From: Phoronis australis
Taxonomy: Eukaryota; Animalia; Phoronida
Assembly: GCA_002633005.1 (NCBI GenBank)
Contig: NMRA01000301.1
Location: forward strand, 186,001 to 250,000
Direction: 5' to 3'
DNA length: 64,000 nucleotides
The position numbers were made by a program, and so were the translations under genes. The notes beneath the pieces are model-generated. The model made no database searches. It worked only from the letters and a program-made list of their open reading frames with translations, and had not been told where the DNA came from. Below, one piece after another: positions 1 to 13,399 of the stretch (within the stretch, counting starts at the first letter, position 1; every line of letters begins with the position of its first letter).

Positions 1-312
1 ACCAGTAAATCCGTAACGGCGAACTAAAACAACACGTTTTTATAAGAATTCGGTGTATTTCTAAGGGTTTTACATCGAAATTTGATGATTTATTGGTGTT
101 AAACGATGAATTCAAGCGACAAGCTGACATCAGTAACCCGTGTTGTGAACTGCTGAATAGACTGCGTGTGAAACCAATGACGTCATTGGATAATTTCAAC
201 ACCTCCGTCTGCCGTCAGGTGTCAGGTAACGCAACCGAACATGCCGTTATCGAGTAGAACTACTCGATATAAATTGATACAAATTAGGTTGTTTTTTGGG
301 TGGCATTGTCCT
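1..312 (+). mobile_element. Right end of a Kolobok-like non-autonomous DNA transposon (same family as 34594-36204)
   Basis: 1-316 is clearly homologous to 35893-36208 and ends GGTGGCATTGTCCT|TTAA like that copy. Confidence 0.8.
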
Positions 313-349
313 TTAAGGTTTTATTGTTTATAGAGCTTTACAGATATAA

Positions 350-841
350 TTCAATGGGAAAACACTGTTCCTATTCGACGAGTGGACATCTTCAGACACC
401 ATCAAACTGTACTCTGATGCCGCGGGCTCCAACGGGGGTTTTGCTGCGACATTGGGGGCCTCCTGGTTTGCCTGCCCGTGGCTCGAGCACCTGCAACGCC
501 ATCACATCACCTTCAAGGAACTCCTTCCGATTGTCATAGCGCTAGAACTGTGGGGTTCAAAGCTCGCCAACCACAAGATCCTCTTCCTGTGCGACAACCG
601 TGCTGTCGTTGACATTATCAACAAGACATCCTCCCGCCACGCCCCCATTATGTCTCTTGTCCGTCGTCTGGTCATCTCCGCTCTTACCTTTAATGTTCAT
701 TTTCGGGCAAAACATATCCCCGGCTACACTAACATCATTGCTGATGCACTTTCTCGTTTCAACTTTCAGGTCGCCTTTTCCCAGGGTTATTGGCTCAGCC
801 CTCATCCGACACCGATCCCACAGCACCTCCTGACAGAGTGA
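350..841 (+). mobile_element. DIRS/Ngaro-type (tyrosine-recombinase retrotransposon) RNase H fragment
   Basis: Frame reads FNGKTLF..W..KLYSDAAGS..GF...ITFKELLPIV..WG...DNRAVVDIINK...KHIPGYTNIIADALSR, typical of DIRS-order RNase H. It is 5'-truncated and runs into an N-gap. 1302-1730 may be its terminal repeat. Confidence 0.8.
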
Positions 842-2679
842 CCAGACTGCTCCGGGCTTNNNNNNNNNNNNNNNNNNNNNNNNNNNNNNNNNNNNNNNNN
901 NNNNNNNNNNNNNNNNNNNNNNNNNNNNNNNNNNNNNNNNNNNNNNNNNNNNNNNNNNNNNNNNNNNNNNNNNNNNNNNNNNNNNNNNNNNNNNNNNNNN
1001 NNNNNNNNNNNNNNNNNNNNNNNNNNNNNNNNNNNNNNNNNNNNNNNNNNNNNNNNNNNNNNNNNNNNNNNNNNNNNNNNNNNNNNNNNNNNNNNNNNNN
1101 NNNNNNNNNNNNNNNNNNNNNNNNNNNNNNNNNNNNNNNNNNNNNNNNNNNNNNNNNNNNNNNNNNNNNNNNNNNNNNNNNNNNNNNNNNNNNNNNNNNN
1201 NNNNNNNNNNNNNNNNNNNNNNNNNNNNNNNNNNNNNNNNNNNNNNNNNNNNNNNNNNNNNNNNNNNNNNNNNNNNNNNNNNNNNNNNNNNNNNNNNNNN
1301 NAGTCCTTAGGGTTTATTTTGCATTACTCATCTCTATTTATAGCCTCTAGGGCCTACTTTTGTATTCATACGTTTCTCTACGCGACTCCTGATTGGTCGC
1401 CCATATTTCCTTTGTTCTGTTCAACGTGGTCTCTCATTCAGCCACCTACCTCGTCATCTACAAGACCTACGTTCGTTCTCTTCATTTTTTCCCCACCCCC
1501 CCATCCCGGGTGTCGGTTCCACTTTCTCTTTCCTCGTATACATTTCCTGTTAGGTTTTTTCAAGTTTTGTTTTCATGTTCTGTACTTTTCCTTTAAGCCC
1601 TTCAGGCAGTTCTTTTGTTTTGTTCCCTCTTGCAGGGCTATTCATTGTACACGCCAGTGGGCGTTTTTTGCATGCCCATCTTGCAGAGTCTTAGTTAGTT
1701 TTATCTATTACGTCATAATAAATGACAATATTCTCAATCCTCCTCTTGTTTTACTCTGCAACATAGCTCGTGGCGTACCCCGGGAAAAATAGATTACGAT
1801 AAATAATCTAAACTGTGGCAACTATATAATGAAAAATGATTTTTTCAATCCTCTTAGTAAAGTTTCCAAAATTCCACCAGGGAGCGGGACTTAATGTTTT
1901 CAAGCGAATGGATTTTTAACATTGGGTGTGACGTCACCCCAAGACATGGGTCCTTTATGTTGTGCTCGACTATATCCTGATTAACATTGACGACTGTGTA
2001 ATCCTATTATACTCTTGGTCACCTATGCATTAAAATTAGAAGTCCGAGTCAGAATTCGAAATCTCAAATTTTTACTTGAGTTTATATACCTGTATTTCAA
2101 ATTTAGGAGTGGTCAAGAATGAATTTCGATTATTTAATGGTTTGCGTAATCTGTAACATGTTGAAACACGCAATAATTATTTGAGTTCGTATAAATCCAG
2201 AACGTTTAATGCCAAATCTAATTTCGAGTTCGATGCCGAGGAGATCCCGGGCCCTGGTCAGATCATTGGATTGGAGGTTGCGAAAGAGATTTTCACGCTC
2301 TGCGCATAGGGGTCAGTGATTATTATGGGAGGCTCTGGGGGGTCGAAGGAGCCCCCCAATTTGGCGAAATGGCAAAAAGGTCTACATCAGAGGAACAAAA
2401 ACTCCTAGAAAACGAGGCAAAAATCCACTACAAAGATGCAGACGCACACTTTACAGTTTTGTAGGTACTACCCTTTTTTAGTCCTGTCGATATTTTGTCG
2501 GCAAAAGGTCCACATCGACAGAAATTCGAGCCCCCCCCCCCACATTGAAGACTGGGTGCGCGCATGATTATTAGCACATTCTTAGATTGACTTCTGTGTA
2601 CACGGTGGGATTTGAACCAGTCAGAATCTCTCTGGGGTTACTAAACCCCAAAGAACATTTACACGCTCATCCCATCTTC

Positions 2680-2768
2680 AATTCAAGGGGGGTCAACAAT
2701 TGGTCGGGCTTCAAAACCACTTGCCCAGACATCAAAACAAGCTGTTTGGACAGCAAAACCCAATGGCT
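2680..2768. repeat. Dispersed repeat, inverted homologue of 9081-9171
   Basis: The reverse complement aligns with 9081-9171 (shared TTTTGATGTC..CAAGTGGTTTTGAAG.CCGACCAA). Confidence 0.7.
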
Positions 2769-4843
2769 TGTGTTCGTACTTGGTGTTCGGACCTCGAAAC
2801 GGGTTGACCCGTAGCTCAAAACCAGATGACCGTACCCACACAAATGGTTGGCTACAGACTTACACATTAAGAGGAATGAGGAATATACATATGTATTGCT
2901 TCACAAATTTCAATAAACTTTAAGACATTTGGTTTTTGCCATATTTCACGGTCGTCTTGGCATCGTAATGCAATTAATGAGATCAGTTAAAGTGAAGACA
3001 AAATGCTCAAAAAAGTGAACAGTTCCTTTGGGAATATGTAGTGGCCCTGAAAAGGGCCTTGGGGTTTCGTTCTTGCCATATTTATAGCATGCACGATGGC
3101 ACACTTTAATGACCGATACAATCGAAGACCTTGATCATTCAGATGCACTTGGTCACGATGAGCTTGCGATTGTTCCGAAATCGCCGATGAAACCAAAACA
3201 TTACATTGGGAGAATGTTCGAATGTCTCTCGCAGCAAAGTATTCAATTAATCTGCTTTCTTGTCGTGTCCTGCCAGGTTTTACCTGTGCAGGACAGAAAA
3301 CACAAGAATGGTAGACACTTGATTACACTTGCTGCAAATGCTTGGTTACGCCCTTCTTACATTTCTCCGTAAGAACTTCAATGTACCACACACAATGTAC
3401 ATCGCAACTGCTAATCGCGCAACTGAGCCGACATTTTATATGAACTTGAAAAGATCCTCAGGCCCAGTCTGGGCTAGTGACTAAATGAAAAAATAAAAAG
3501 CAGTGACTTACATCATTTTACAACTGGATGTTCCCGCTATGTCGCTGGCTAAGATACGAAAATTGAATTATGACAACATTTCTTTGTGGTAACGCTGCCA
3601 ACAGGAACCTCGAAATCTTGAGTGGCGATCTTGTTTCAGAGTGAATCCTAACATACCTTATTCGAAAATGTTTATACGTTACTCAAACCTCTGGGAAATA
3701 GGAATACATGGGATTAAACCAAACAATTTTACATATTAGTTTTTAGCCAGCTAAAGAGGTTATGCAGACTGAAAATCTTCTGTCACCGCCATCCAATTTT
3801 TTACTCTTGCTAGTTTGATGATAGCCCCTCCCAATTAGCAAAATCGAAAACTTTGTATGAAAAGTGCTATAAAGATAAGATAAACTTTATCATGCTCCTT
3901 TCAAAAGAATAAGTGAAGTGCTAAGAAGGAATTTTACATACAGGTAGTTTGATGCCTGCATTAAGCGCAGCGTCAAGATAGGTAGGGTATAAGTATCTAA
4001 TTTGACAATTTTGTTTTGATGTCTTCGTTACTTGCAAATCGTCATCAAAAAGGTATGTGTTGTCAATAAAATCAGACAAAGACGATTTCGGACCAATTCA
4101 TAATTTATTTGTACAACCTATGGTGTATCAAGAGACTGCGCTCAACAAAGTTAAAATCAGTTATAAACAGTTCTGTTGTTATCAATCTCAGTATTTTTCG
4201 CTATGCGCTGGTCTTAGAGGTACATTGTGCTGCATGGGATGATCAAGTTATTAGAAAGAGTTATTGGTCAAATGCATTACGAAAAATGTTGGAAAGGGTG
4301 TTGAGCGGAACTACGCAAAGGAAAATTGGAATTCAGTTGATATGAACAGAAATGTTAATCAAACTGCCCAAATTATTTTACGGTGATACTTGCATTCTAC
4401 AGATTTTACCTGGCGTAGTTTTTGAGGGCAATTATCGTATTTTCAATTTTGTCTTTCTCAAGACTCCCATGGCACTATAAAGTACAAGCAACGCTGTGCA
4501 ATATCTTACAAGGGATGCCCACAAAGTTTCCAGCGCCTTTAATTAATTATCATTTATCAAAAATGCTGCCAACTTCAGTGAAATAACTTTAATGAAATAA
4601 CAACGCTGTGTCAAAGGAAGATCAATAGGCTTTAGGGCTTTAGCACCCAAATTAAGGTGCGCTCCCAATTTCACATGGATCTTGTTTGCCACGTGGTACA
4701 TTCCCTGTCTGTTCTGCGATTGGGTAATTGAAGTTAAGGGAGTAGCCCAATTAAAAAGTCTGGTGATTGTCAGAGCATGTAATATTCGTATTCAAGTTTA
4801 CACAGTCTGGATAAGCCATGTCTTGACTGATTATGAGAGCAAC

Positions 4844-5737
4844 ATCGCTTCCAAAATCTACAATATCAAGAGCATAACCATGAAATTTTGCACACAACAT
4901 ATTCATAGTATTTAATGAAAATCTAGACGACAAAAACAATTGTCTTCAAACCTGAAGAACTATGAGAGGCAAAAAACTAGCATAACTCAGGCCGAACATG
5001 AAATTCTGGCCCATTCTTACGTAAAGTCAAAGCAAAATCGCTTCCAAAATCTACAATATCAAGAGCATAACCATGAAATTTTGCACACAATATATTCATA
5101 GTGTCTAATGAAAATCTTAGAAGACAAAAATAATTGTCTTTAAACTTGGCTGACTATGAGAGCCAAAAAACTAGCATAAATCAGGCCACACATGAAATTC
5201 TCGCCAATTCTCACGCAAAGTCAAAGCAAAATCGCTTCCAAAATCTACAATATCAAGAGCATAACCATGAAATTTTGCACACAATATATTCATAGTGTCT
5301 AATGAAAATCTTAGAAGACAAAAATAATTGTCTTTAAACTTGGCTGACTATGAGAGCCAAAAAACTAGCATAAATCAGGCCACACATGAAATTCTCGCCC
5401 ATTCTTACGCAAAGTCAAAGCAAAATCGCTTCCAAAATCTACAATATCAAGAGCATAACCATGAAATTTTGCACACAATATATTCATAGTGTCTAATGAA
5501 AACCTTAGAAGACAAAAATAATTGTCTTTAAACTTGGCTGACTATGAGAGCCAAAAAACTAGCATAACTCAGGCCAAACATGAAATTCTCACCAATTCTT
5601 ACGCAAAGTCAAAGTAAAATCGCTTCCAAAATCTACAATATCAAGAGCATAACCATGAAATTTTGCACACAACATATTCATAGTGTCTAATAAAAATCTA
5701 GAAGACAAAAACAACTGTCTTTTAAGTTGACTGACGA
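4844..5737. repeat. Tandem repeat, 193-194 bp unit, ~4.6 copies
   Basis: ATCGCTTCCAAAATCTACAATATCAAGAGC recurs at 4844, 5037, 5231, 5425 and 5619 with near-identical units. Confidence 0.95.
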
Positions 5738-5971
5738 TGCACATTGTTTTTGTTGTCGCTCACGAAGTCTGCAATTCAGCTTAGTTTTCAGTGATGCCAG
5801 GACTGCAAGGAAAGACAACAAAACAGTATTAATCAATGTGTAAATTCATTAACATATACGACAAATGACGTTATTTTTTGCATATGTACAGAAATTTTTA
5901 AATTGAAGCTGAACTATATCTTGAGATAAGTTTCAGAACCATTTCAAAAGAAATTTGTGCAATATTGGTAC

Positions 5972-7277
5972 TGTCGTGGATGCATTATTGAGTTTAACAA
6001 CATTGTTCGTAATTGTTCAGTTAGATCCTAATTCATGTTTGTCCATCTTGAATGACCTATGTTTACCATGCACATAGTTGTACATTTGGCATTTACCAAC
6101 CCCGCCAGCACCACAGCACCCAGTGTCTCCATCTACGATGTCGTTTATGCATTGCACCTGAGGTCTCTGCCATCTGAAAATAAAAATGTTTAAATTAAAG
6201 TTGAACTACAGCTAGACATATCAACTCTCACCTCTTTTTTCAGATAAAAATTTGTTCACCCTGAACTTCAATATTACTATCAAAGTTAGAACTGAACTGT
6301 TGTGTTCATCACCTATTATCATTTATTATAAGTAGTAAACTAGGTGATTGGAGGCAAAAAAACTATCAAGAAATCAAAACAGTGTTTGTTGGACGTTCAA
6401 CATCATATGATTGTACAAACAGGTGAAGCCTGTGTCGTGTAAAATGAAAGTAAATAATAATGGAAGAGTTTTGGGTAGGTGCATCCGTCCAATTCTATTG
6501 GACAGAGGTGTTGTTGCACAATAGTGCATCCATCTATAAAGCAGTCAGAAGAGGCTGTGGATGCATTATTGGACAGGTGTGTTATTGCACAATACTGCAT
6601 CCACTTATCGAATAAAGCAGTCAGAAGGGACTGTGGGAGACAGGTGTGTTATTGCACAATATTGCGTCCACCCATCTGATAAAGCACCCGAAAGTGGCTA
6701 AGGTGTCCAAGTATGCCCAAAAACCTGGAAAGGTATTTACAACAACGTCAGTTTGATGCTTTGCCTTTAGTCAGTGTGAGGCATAGTTTGCCAAAATTCT
6801 GTCCTATAACTCTCAGGAGGTACACCGTCTCTTGTCAGATAGAGACGGTGGTCAGGGTCTCAGCTCACGGCTGAAGTGAAGTACCCGTGGAATTCGTAGT
6901 CCCGAATGTCATACCATGCAGTATATAGTGTATTAGAGCCTTTTAGAGACGACCAGAACCCGAGGACGAGCTTACACAGGCTTCCCTGCCAGTGCCAGCC
7001 AACAAAATCTCCTACATTTGTACATTTAGAAATAATTCAAGCTCAACACTCTTTGAAAGATACTCACACACATCAGTGACATTTCCCTTTATCTCTTTTT
7101 TCCAAAATAAACAACATAAGCGGCACAAATGATGCTTTTATAATAAGTCGAATAACCAGCGGACTGCTTGGATGCACTATTGCGCAAAAACCGGAAGCCG
7201 AAAAACTAGCGCATGCGCAGACCACGCAAACCACCTCTGGATGCATTATTGGACAGGATGCATTATTGGACACGACA
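5972..7277. mobile_element. Putative Ginger-like non-autonomous element with subterminal GGATGCATTATTG repeats
   Basis: Right end ...TTGGACACGACA followed by CCGG (7278-7281). GGATGCA(T/C)TATTG or its inverse occurs at ~5978, 6519, 6558, 6590, 6657, 7169, 7238 and 7256. Left boundary uncertain. Confidence 0.4.
6868..6938. repeat. Fragment of the foldback element at 53857-54533
   Basis: CGGCTGAAGTGAAGTACCCGTGGAATT...GTCATACC...ATATAGTGTATT matches 54451-54527. Confidence 0.75.
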
Positions 7278-7290
7278 CCGGGCGTGCGTT

Positions 7291-7423
7291 CAGTAGACGC
7301 TAGGACCTACGCTAGGACCTAGCCAAAAGCTAGTCAAGGTCACGTGCTCTTATTTAAAATACACGGCAATATCTCGCGTAATCTCGCAAAGTCTTGCTTT
7401 TAAGCTAGGTCCTAGCGCTACTG
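7291..7423. mobile_element. Small MITE-like inverted-repeat element
   Basis: CAGTAG(A)CGCTAGGACCTA... at the left pairs with GCTAGGTCCTAGCGCTACTG at the right. Confidence 0.6.
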
Positions 7424-9080
7424 TACAGGAGGCGGATCTAAAACGGGTCGGCCGGTTATCAAACACAATAGCCGAACAAATCATCGACTTTAAGTAAAAC
7501 AAACGGGTTCTAAAAATAAACGCTAGATGTCACTCGAATCCTTCGACAAATTCAAAGCAAGTCTGCTAGGAAGTCCGAATAACGTGTTTTATACCACAAT
7601 ATTAGCCTCGAACCGTGTAATAACCCATAAAGTTATTTCACTAGTGAGATAACGTTTTGGCGGGAAACCGAAGCCGTGTTCGAACCTCAACAATTTTCTT
7701 TTAAAGTACTAATTGGTCAAAACATACATGTATGTATGTAAGTATTGGGTCAATGACACTGTGTATGGTCATTTATAGCTACATGTACCTAAACACTACA
7801 CAAATGTACTGGTTCTGTTAAAGATCTTTTTGAAATAACAAAAATATAGAAAGAAACAAAACGTCAAAATACTATCACATCAGACATCTACCAACCATAA
7901 ACTCCCTAAATCTGAACAAACTATAGTGACTTAACTACCTTCACCATTGGACTTAATGATTTCATTCATGACGTTTCTGCCTGCTATGCCTGTAGAAGGA
8001 GGCATACTGTTTGCATGGCATGCCACATTCACCACTAAAAGGAGTGTCCTCGTGTTGTGACGCATTAGTGTCGCGTCAGGCTCACTCTTTTCATCTAACA
8101 TTGATCACAGATAGGAAACTCATTGAATCGACTTAGTTCCTGAGCACGATGCTTCATGTTGTGTTTTCCTATATCGGCCTATATCGGTAAAAAACTCTTG
8201 ACGCATGCAACGCGTCAATCACAGGGCTGGTTAAGGTCTCGCTTGCTTTATTGTCAGTGTGTTTTATTGCCATGTGGTCTTACTAAGTCGATTTCTTAGT
8301 TCCTGAACTAAGCTCCACAACACACACCCACACTCCTTTGTGACGTGCACTAGTTGTTCTACTCTTTTTTGAAAGGCGTGGACTTAAACACCCTGAAGGA
8401 CTGTTCGTGTGGCTACAGTTCGACTGAAAAAATAAACCAATTCAGTTATTTTTGTTAGACTAAATCTCACAAAGAAATCCTAAAAAAACGATGCAGTATA
8501 ATTCAAAATCAACTCATCAACTAATTCAGGGCGCGTATTATTCTAAAATTATTGACATAATACCGTAACTTGAAGGACTATTCAGGCCAATGTAGAGAAA
8601 AAAAATGTGCGTTCACGATCGCCATAGAGAATCAACGATTTCATTCCCCATCGCTGTCTCGCACAAGGACCTGCGTGTATTGGTTAGTATCTCGAATTGT
8701 TTCACAAATCATGACTATCAAAGGTGTCACCAGGGACGATTTAACTATACACGTCACACGTCTCTTCTTAATAACCCTGGAATTGCTAATAACAAGTAGA
8801 AATTGTCGATTTTACGAGGCGCAAGGTATTTTACCGAAAGCCAGTGCTTTCTGAGCTCTTTGTTTTAAAAAATAATTAAAAACCAAGTATTATTTCAGAT
8901 CCACAACAAAAACCATACTCTGACGCTTTTCTGTCTGTCGCATTGGGGCCAAAGTAGCCTATATTTAGGAGGAAAATGACACTTAAACTCACCGGGTACG
9001 TCACCGTCGTCTGAAATTTCTGGTGCAAGGTCTCGTTCTCGATCGCCTTCCGGGCGTTCTCGATCACGGGTTGGCCGGGG

Positions 9081-9171
9081 TGCATTTGGTTTTGCAGTCC
9101 AGCCGACTTATTTTGATGTCCGCACAAGTGGTTTTGAAGTCCGACCAACTTTTGATTCCTCCCTTGGAATT
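9081..9171. repeat. Dispersed repeat, inverted homologue of 2680-2768
   Basis: See 2680-2768; internal ~21-bp TTTTG..GTCC periodicity. Confidence 0.7.
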
Positions 9172-10957
9172 GTTGCCGACGAAGTACCGCTGTAAATGAC
9201 AACACTTAGTGTGGTATACCCTGCTCACTAATTTGTGAGATCACCACGAGAAGTCTCGGGTAGTGGGGCTTCCGGGGGGATCACGTGTTTCTTAGTTAAG
9301 TAGAAATATACTCTTTTCTTAGTAATTATTGGTAATATACTACATTTAGGCTTTACATTGTACAAGCGCAATTTTCAAATTCGCAGTTTTAGTGTTGGAT
9401 AACCCCAATAAATTCATTTTTGAGTCATTGATGATTGCGATGTTCTTGTTGGTAACATAATTTTACAACGGTTTGGATATGTATACATTCGTAGTTCAAT
9501 TTTAGTTGTTGCCAGAAAAACAGTGCGGAGTGCATCTTTAACAAAGGCGCGTTAAACCAACAAATCACGTGACCTCAAAACAAACTGAAAACACTGGAAA
9601 TATTGTCGTGTAGGTAGCTTTTTGTTTCTTTATACATGTAAAAATGAAACACTTTGATACGGTGATCCTTCACCAATAAGCCTTTTGTGAGATATTTAGT
9701 TCCACCGCCCGTGGCGCCATGGTGCTAACATCATTGTTATTGTACAGGGAAATTTTTGCTTTCAACATGGAAATCTATAGACCCCGTGAATACTCATACA
9801 ATAAGATGGCAATTTCTCTCACTTTTTCTGCTCAGTTTGGAAACACACAAATCGTCTGATGCGTCGCAGATCCACTGCCTTCAGAATATGGAGCTGACAA
9901 TCGCAGGTTTGTTCAAAAAACACTGAGCGAATTGCTGCAAAATGTCCTATTACAGCGACAGCAACTGAAAAGTCGCTTTGTTCCACAACGGTTGATCAAA
10001 GAATAGCTCGCAAAGGGACACGAACGGTTTAGCGACAGCTCTGTACCAACGGTTGTGGAGGAACAGCATTATATACAGACATACCTCTGTCTCTCAAACG
10101 GACGCGTGATGATGTTATCAATCTTTTGATGGATCATTATTAGTAGTTGTCATACACTCTATTCACGACAATCATTTACAAAGTAACATAATTTAAAAAC
10201 ACAGGCCCAGTGAATATGTTTTTTTTTGTTGTGAAACACTAATGGGAAGTTCGCCGTACAAGTATAAATAATGCAATCAAATAAATTGTTATAACCTACA
10301 AAACCATTCAAGCAGGCAATGAATACATGTTGTATTGCATCCGTCATAGGCCTAAGGGGATCACCCGGTAACGTTGGATATCAGTGGAATAGTTGTTCAT
10401 TTTTAACGTGCCGAGAACTAAGTTAAAGAAAAAAAAATTAAAAAGGATTCCAAACCCGGTTTTGCTCTGTTAACAGGTACTAAAAACGACTTCCCCATCC
10501 ATTTCTCTGAAACAAAATATTTCTCTCTAACCATTGACAACCCTGGGATGTTTGGAATAAAATTTGAAAACTACTGTCTGCTAAATGGGAAAGCGTGACC
10601 TAAACTTTTAGCAAATTACACGGCGACTGTGAGAAAAGAGCACCCAGCAAGGACCATAGCATCCAATCTGTGACATAGGGACCATGAGTTTGTAGTTGAT
10701 CGTGCCGTTTAACTTGGATGATTGACGACAACGATGCATTAGCAAATGACAGAACGAAGATTTGTTGAAATCATTAAAACAGGGTTAAGTGTCCTTTTAG
10801 TACGGAAGAATGCAACTATAGCAGTTTAGAAAATCATGCAAATTTAAACGATTTCGAAAGTCTCAAATTGTGATAAGATCAATTAAGACAGCTAGTGGCA
10901 ATTTGCCAGTTTCCGTAGGCATTGCAGTTTTGATTATTCTATCGAGCGGTTCCCATG

Positions 10958-11100
10958 GAAACTATACCGGGCGGGATGTAGAAAGTCATTAGTTTGAAAC
11001 TGTACTGGGCGGGATGTAGAAAAACGTTAGTGTGAAACTATACTGGGTGGGATGTAGGAAGACATTAGTTTGAAACTATACTTGGTGAGATGTAGAAACT
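10958..11100. repeat. Minisatellite, 38 bp unit, ~3.7 copies
   Basis: GAAACT(A/G)TAC..GG.G.GATGTAG at 10958, 10996, 11034 and 11072. Confidence 0.9.
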
Positions 11101-11992
11101 TTGCAAATGATGTTAAAGATGAATATAAACGACATGTTTGATTAAACACAGCACCAGTGCGTCAATTGAAAATATATCGACTTAATTTATTCTCATGGAT
11201 ATGCCCTCTTGACCTTAAGTAGGGATAGGTGGAAACAATTAATTGTCATTTTAACGGCTCAGTACTTAAGTATTGATTAATATAACTAAAACCTCACCCT
11301 GGCACCACATTCATGTAAACTCGTTACTTTTCAATTTGATAGAATAATCTTCAGAAAAAAATCTAATTAATGAATGTCAACCTATTCAAGTCTCCTTTAC
11401 AGAGATAATTTGAATCCTAAGCTGCTTTTGTTAATAAAGCTACTTATCATTTTCCATAATTATTTTCAACATTGTTGTAGCCCGTTTCCAGTGCGTCAAA
11501 GTTAATAGCATTTTAGGAGTCAGCTGGAGTCCTCGGTATAACATATTTCTTAACTGTAAAAATAAAGCTTGAGAAGACTCAACTCGTTTTTGTATTTTTA
11601 CTTATTAAACGTAATGTTCTGTTTTAGTAAATTTATCAAAACAAGCACGACGAAGTTATGTATTAGATGCAAATTAACATTTGGATGATTATTCAAGCTG
11701 GTGTCCGTGTGCGTAAATGCCGTGTCCTGCAACAACTTATATAGTCTGCTAGGTATTACCATTCATGGCAACGTACTTACATGTAGGAACTCCTGATTTT
11801 TCAGTCGAAATTTTGTAGATTTGCCACATTTCCACGGTAACGGTAGTAACTGGCCATATCAGTTCCTTGACAATTTTCCGATTCACGTTTATTTGTCGAT
11901 TTCCTTGGTGCTCCCTACGTTGTTGATATATTAAAAAATTCGAAGTGTTTGGGAATACGGACAAATGCCATGTGTTAGATTTTTAAGTATGA

Positions 11993-12228
11993 GACCCGTT
12001 CCAAAAACACTGACTTAACTAAGACATATCTCAGATTTACGCCAATTTCAAGGTAAAACTTCCTATTTGTCTGAAATCCGTTCCAAGAAATTGATCTTAC
12101 GTTTCGCTTGAGTTTTTTAAGTAAGTTTTGTCTCAAGTTCGACTAACTTACTTGACGAGGACGTTTCAAAGTTTGGAAGTTGAGACCAATCATGGACTTC
12201 AGTCAAAATTGAACTTTGGAACGGGCCC
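11993..12228. mobile_element. PIF/Harbinger-like MITE
   Basis: Ends GACCCGTTCCAAAA / TTTGGAACGGGCCC; a related copy lies in the opposite orientation at 46874-47093. Confidence 0.6.
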
Positions 12229-13399
12229 ATGGTCACTTGGAACAGTTTGAATTTCTTGTACCTTCAGGAACTCGGAACATAAAAGACATCATACCAATAC
12301 ATAAGACATTCATTTTGCAAGTCGTACATGGTTCCATCATTTCAGAACATTGTTCGACATTGGCTTTCTCTGCTTGAATAGAAAACGTATCAAAATAAAT
12401 TAACGTAATTTATAGAAATTTAAATAAAATTCTCTTTGATTAACGCGGCGTTAGACCATCCTTTATGTCAAAAAACTGACTATTTAGGCCACTAACTGTT
12501 GTACAGAAATCTCACATTATTCCTTATAAGTATCTACATGAGGTCGAGAAGAACGAACAGCTCTTCAGTGCTTCAGACGAAAGTCAAAGGTTTCACATTA
12601 CTGCAGGGCATGACATTCTCAGCTGAGAGTCGGGAAAAAGTTTAGAGAGGATTTTCACCAGGCAATAAAATTTTACGTGTGTCATCTCATTTATAGGTGC
12701 ACTTTTCAAATGCAAAAAGTTCCCGAGTTTAAAATTGCACACTTTGCGTTTAACTTCCCAATGAATTTGGTGAAAATGAAATTGAGAGTTCATACACAGT
12801 GCGTCATTATTGATACAAAAAGACACTGCCTCTGGCATTTTGTTAGACACATTTAAACGCTGTTGGTCACATTGAATAAATCAAGAGAGCATGATAGGTC
12901 AAAAGAGCAGTAAAATCACTTTAACATAACATTGGCACTGATTGCAGAATATAAAAATACATCTAATTGTAACTTAAATTTTAACTCTAACGTAGAATAA
13001 TGAAAGGCACTTATGATAAACCTGAGTACAGTTTTCATATTAAAGAACTGTGCTGTCAGAAAATTAACACTGTAAAATCAGAGGACATTTTCTTGAGATA
13101 TCGTGTTAGGAAATTTGAGGTCGTGCTCATAACGTACATCCATAAAAAACACAGTTTTTGTCAACAGCTCTAAATTACGCTTCAAGGTTGTACTCAAGTC
13201 TCCTTTTGCGTTATTTTTCCTAAATGCCGGTGAAATTATATCTAGATTAATCGGAAACCTTTCGGATTCAAGGCTCGATTGAGTGGCATTGACACAGAGT
13301 ACTGAGGCAAAGCAGCTCTCTATGATAGGCGATGAGATCGGGATAAGTTGCTAAAACGATCGCGCGAGTAGAGCAAGTGTTGTCACGTGCTTCGGTTGC

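Noticed and set aside
790-1350. Long ORFs spanning N-runs (also 26674-27327 and 48398-49489)
   Set aside because: Their length is an artefact of assembly gaps translated as X.
10958-11100. 38-bp periodic repeat as a CRISPR array
   Set aside because: No unique spacers (whole units are homologous), eukaryotic context and no cas genes.
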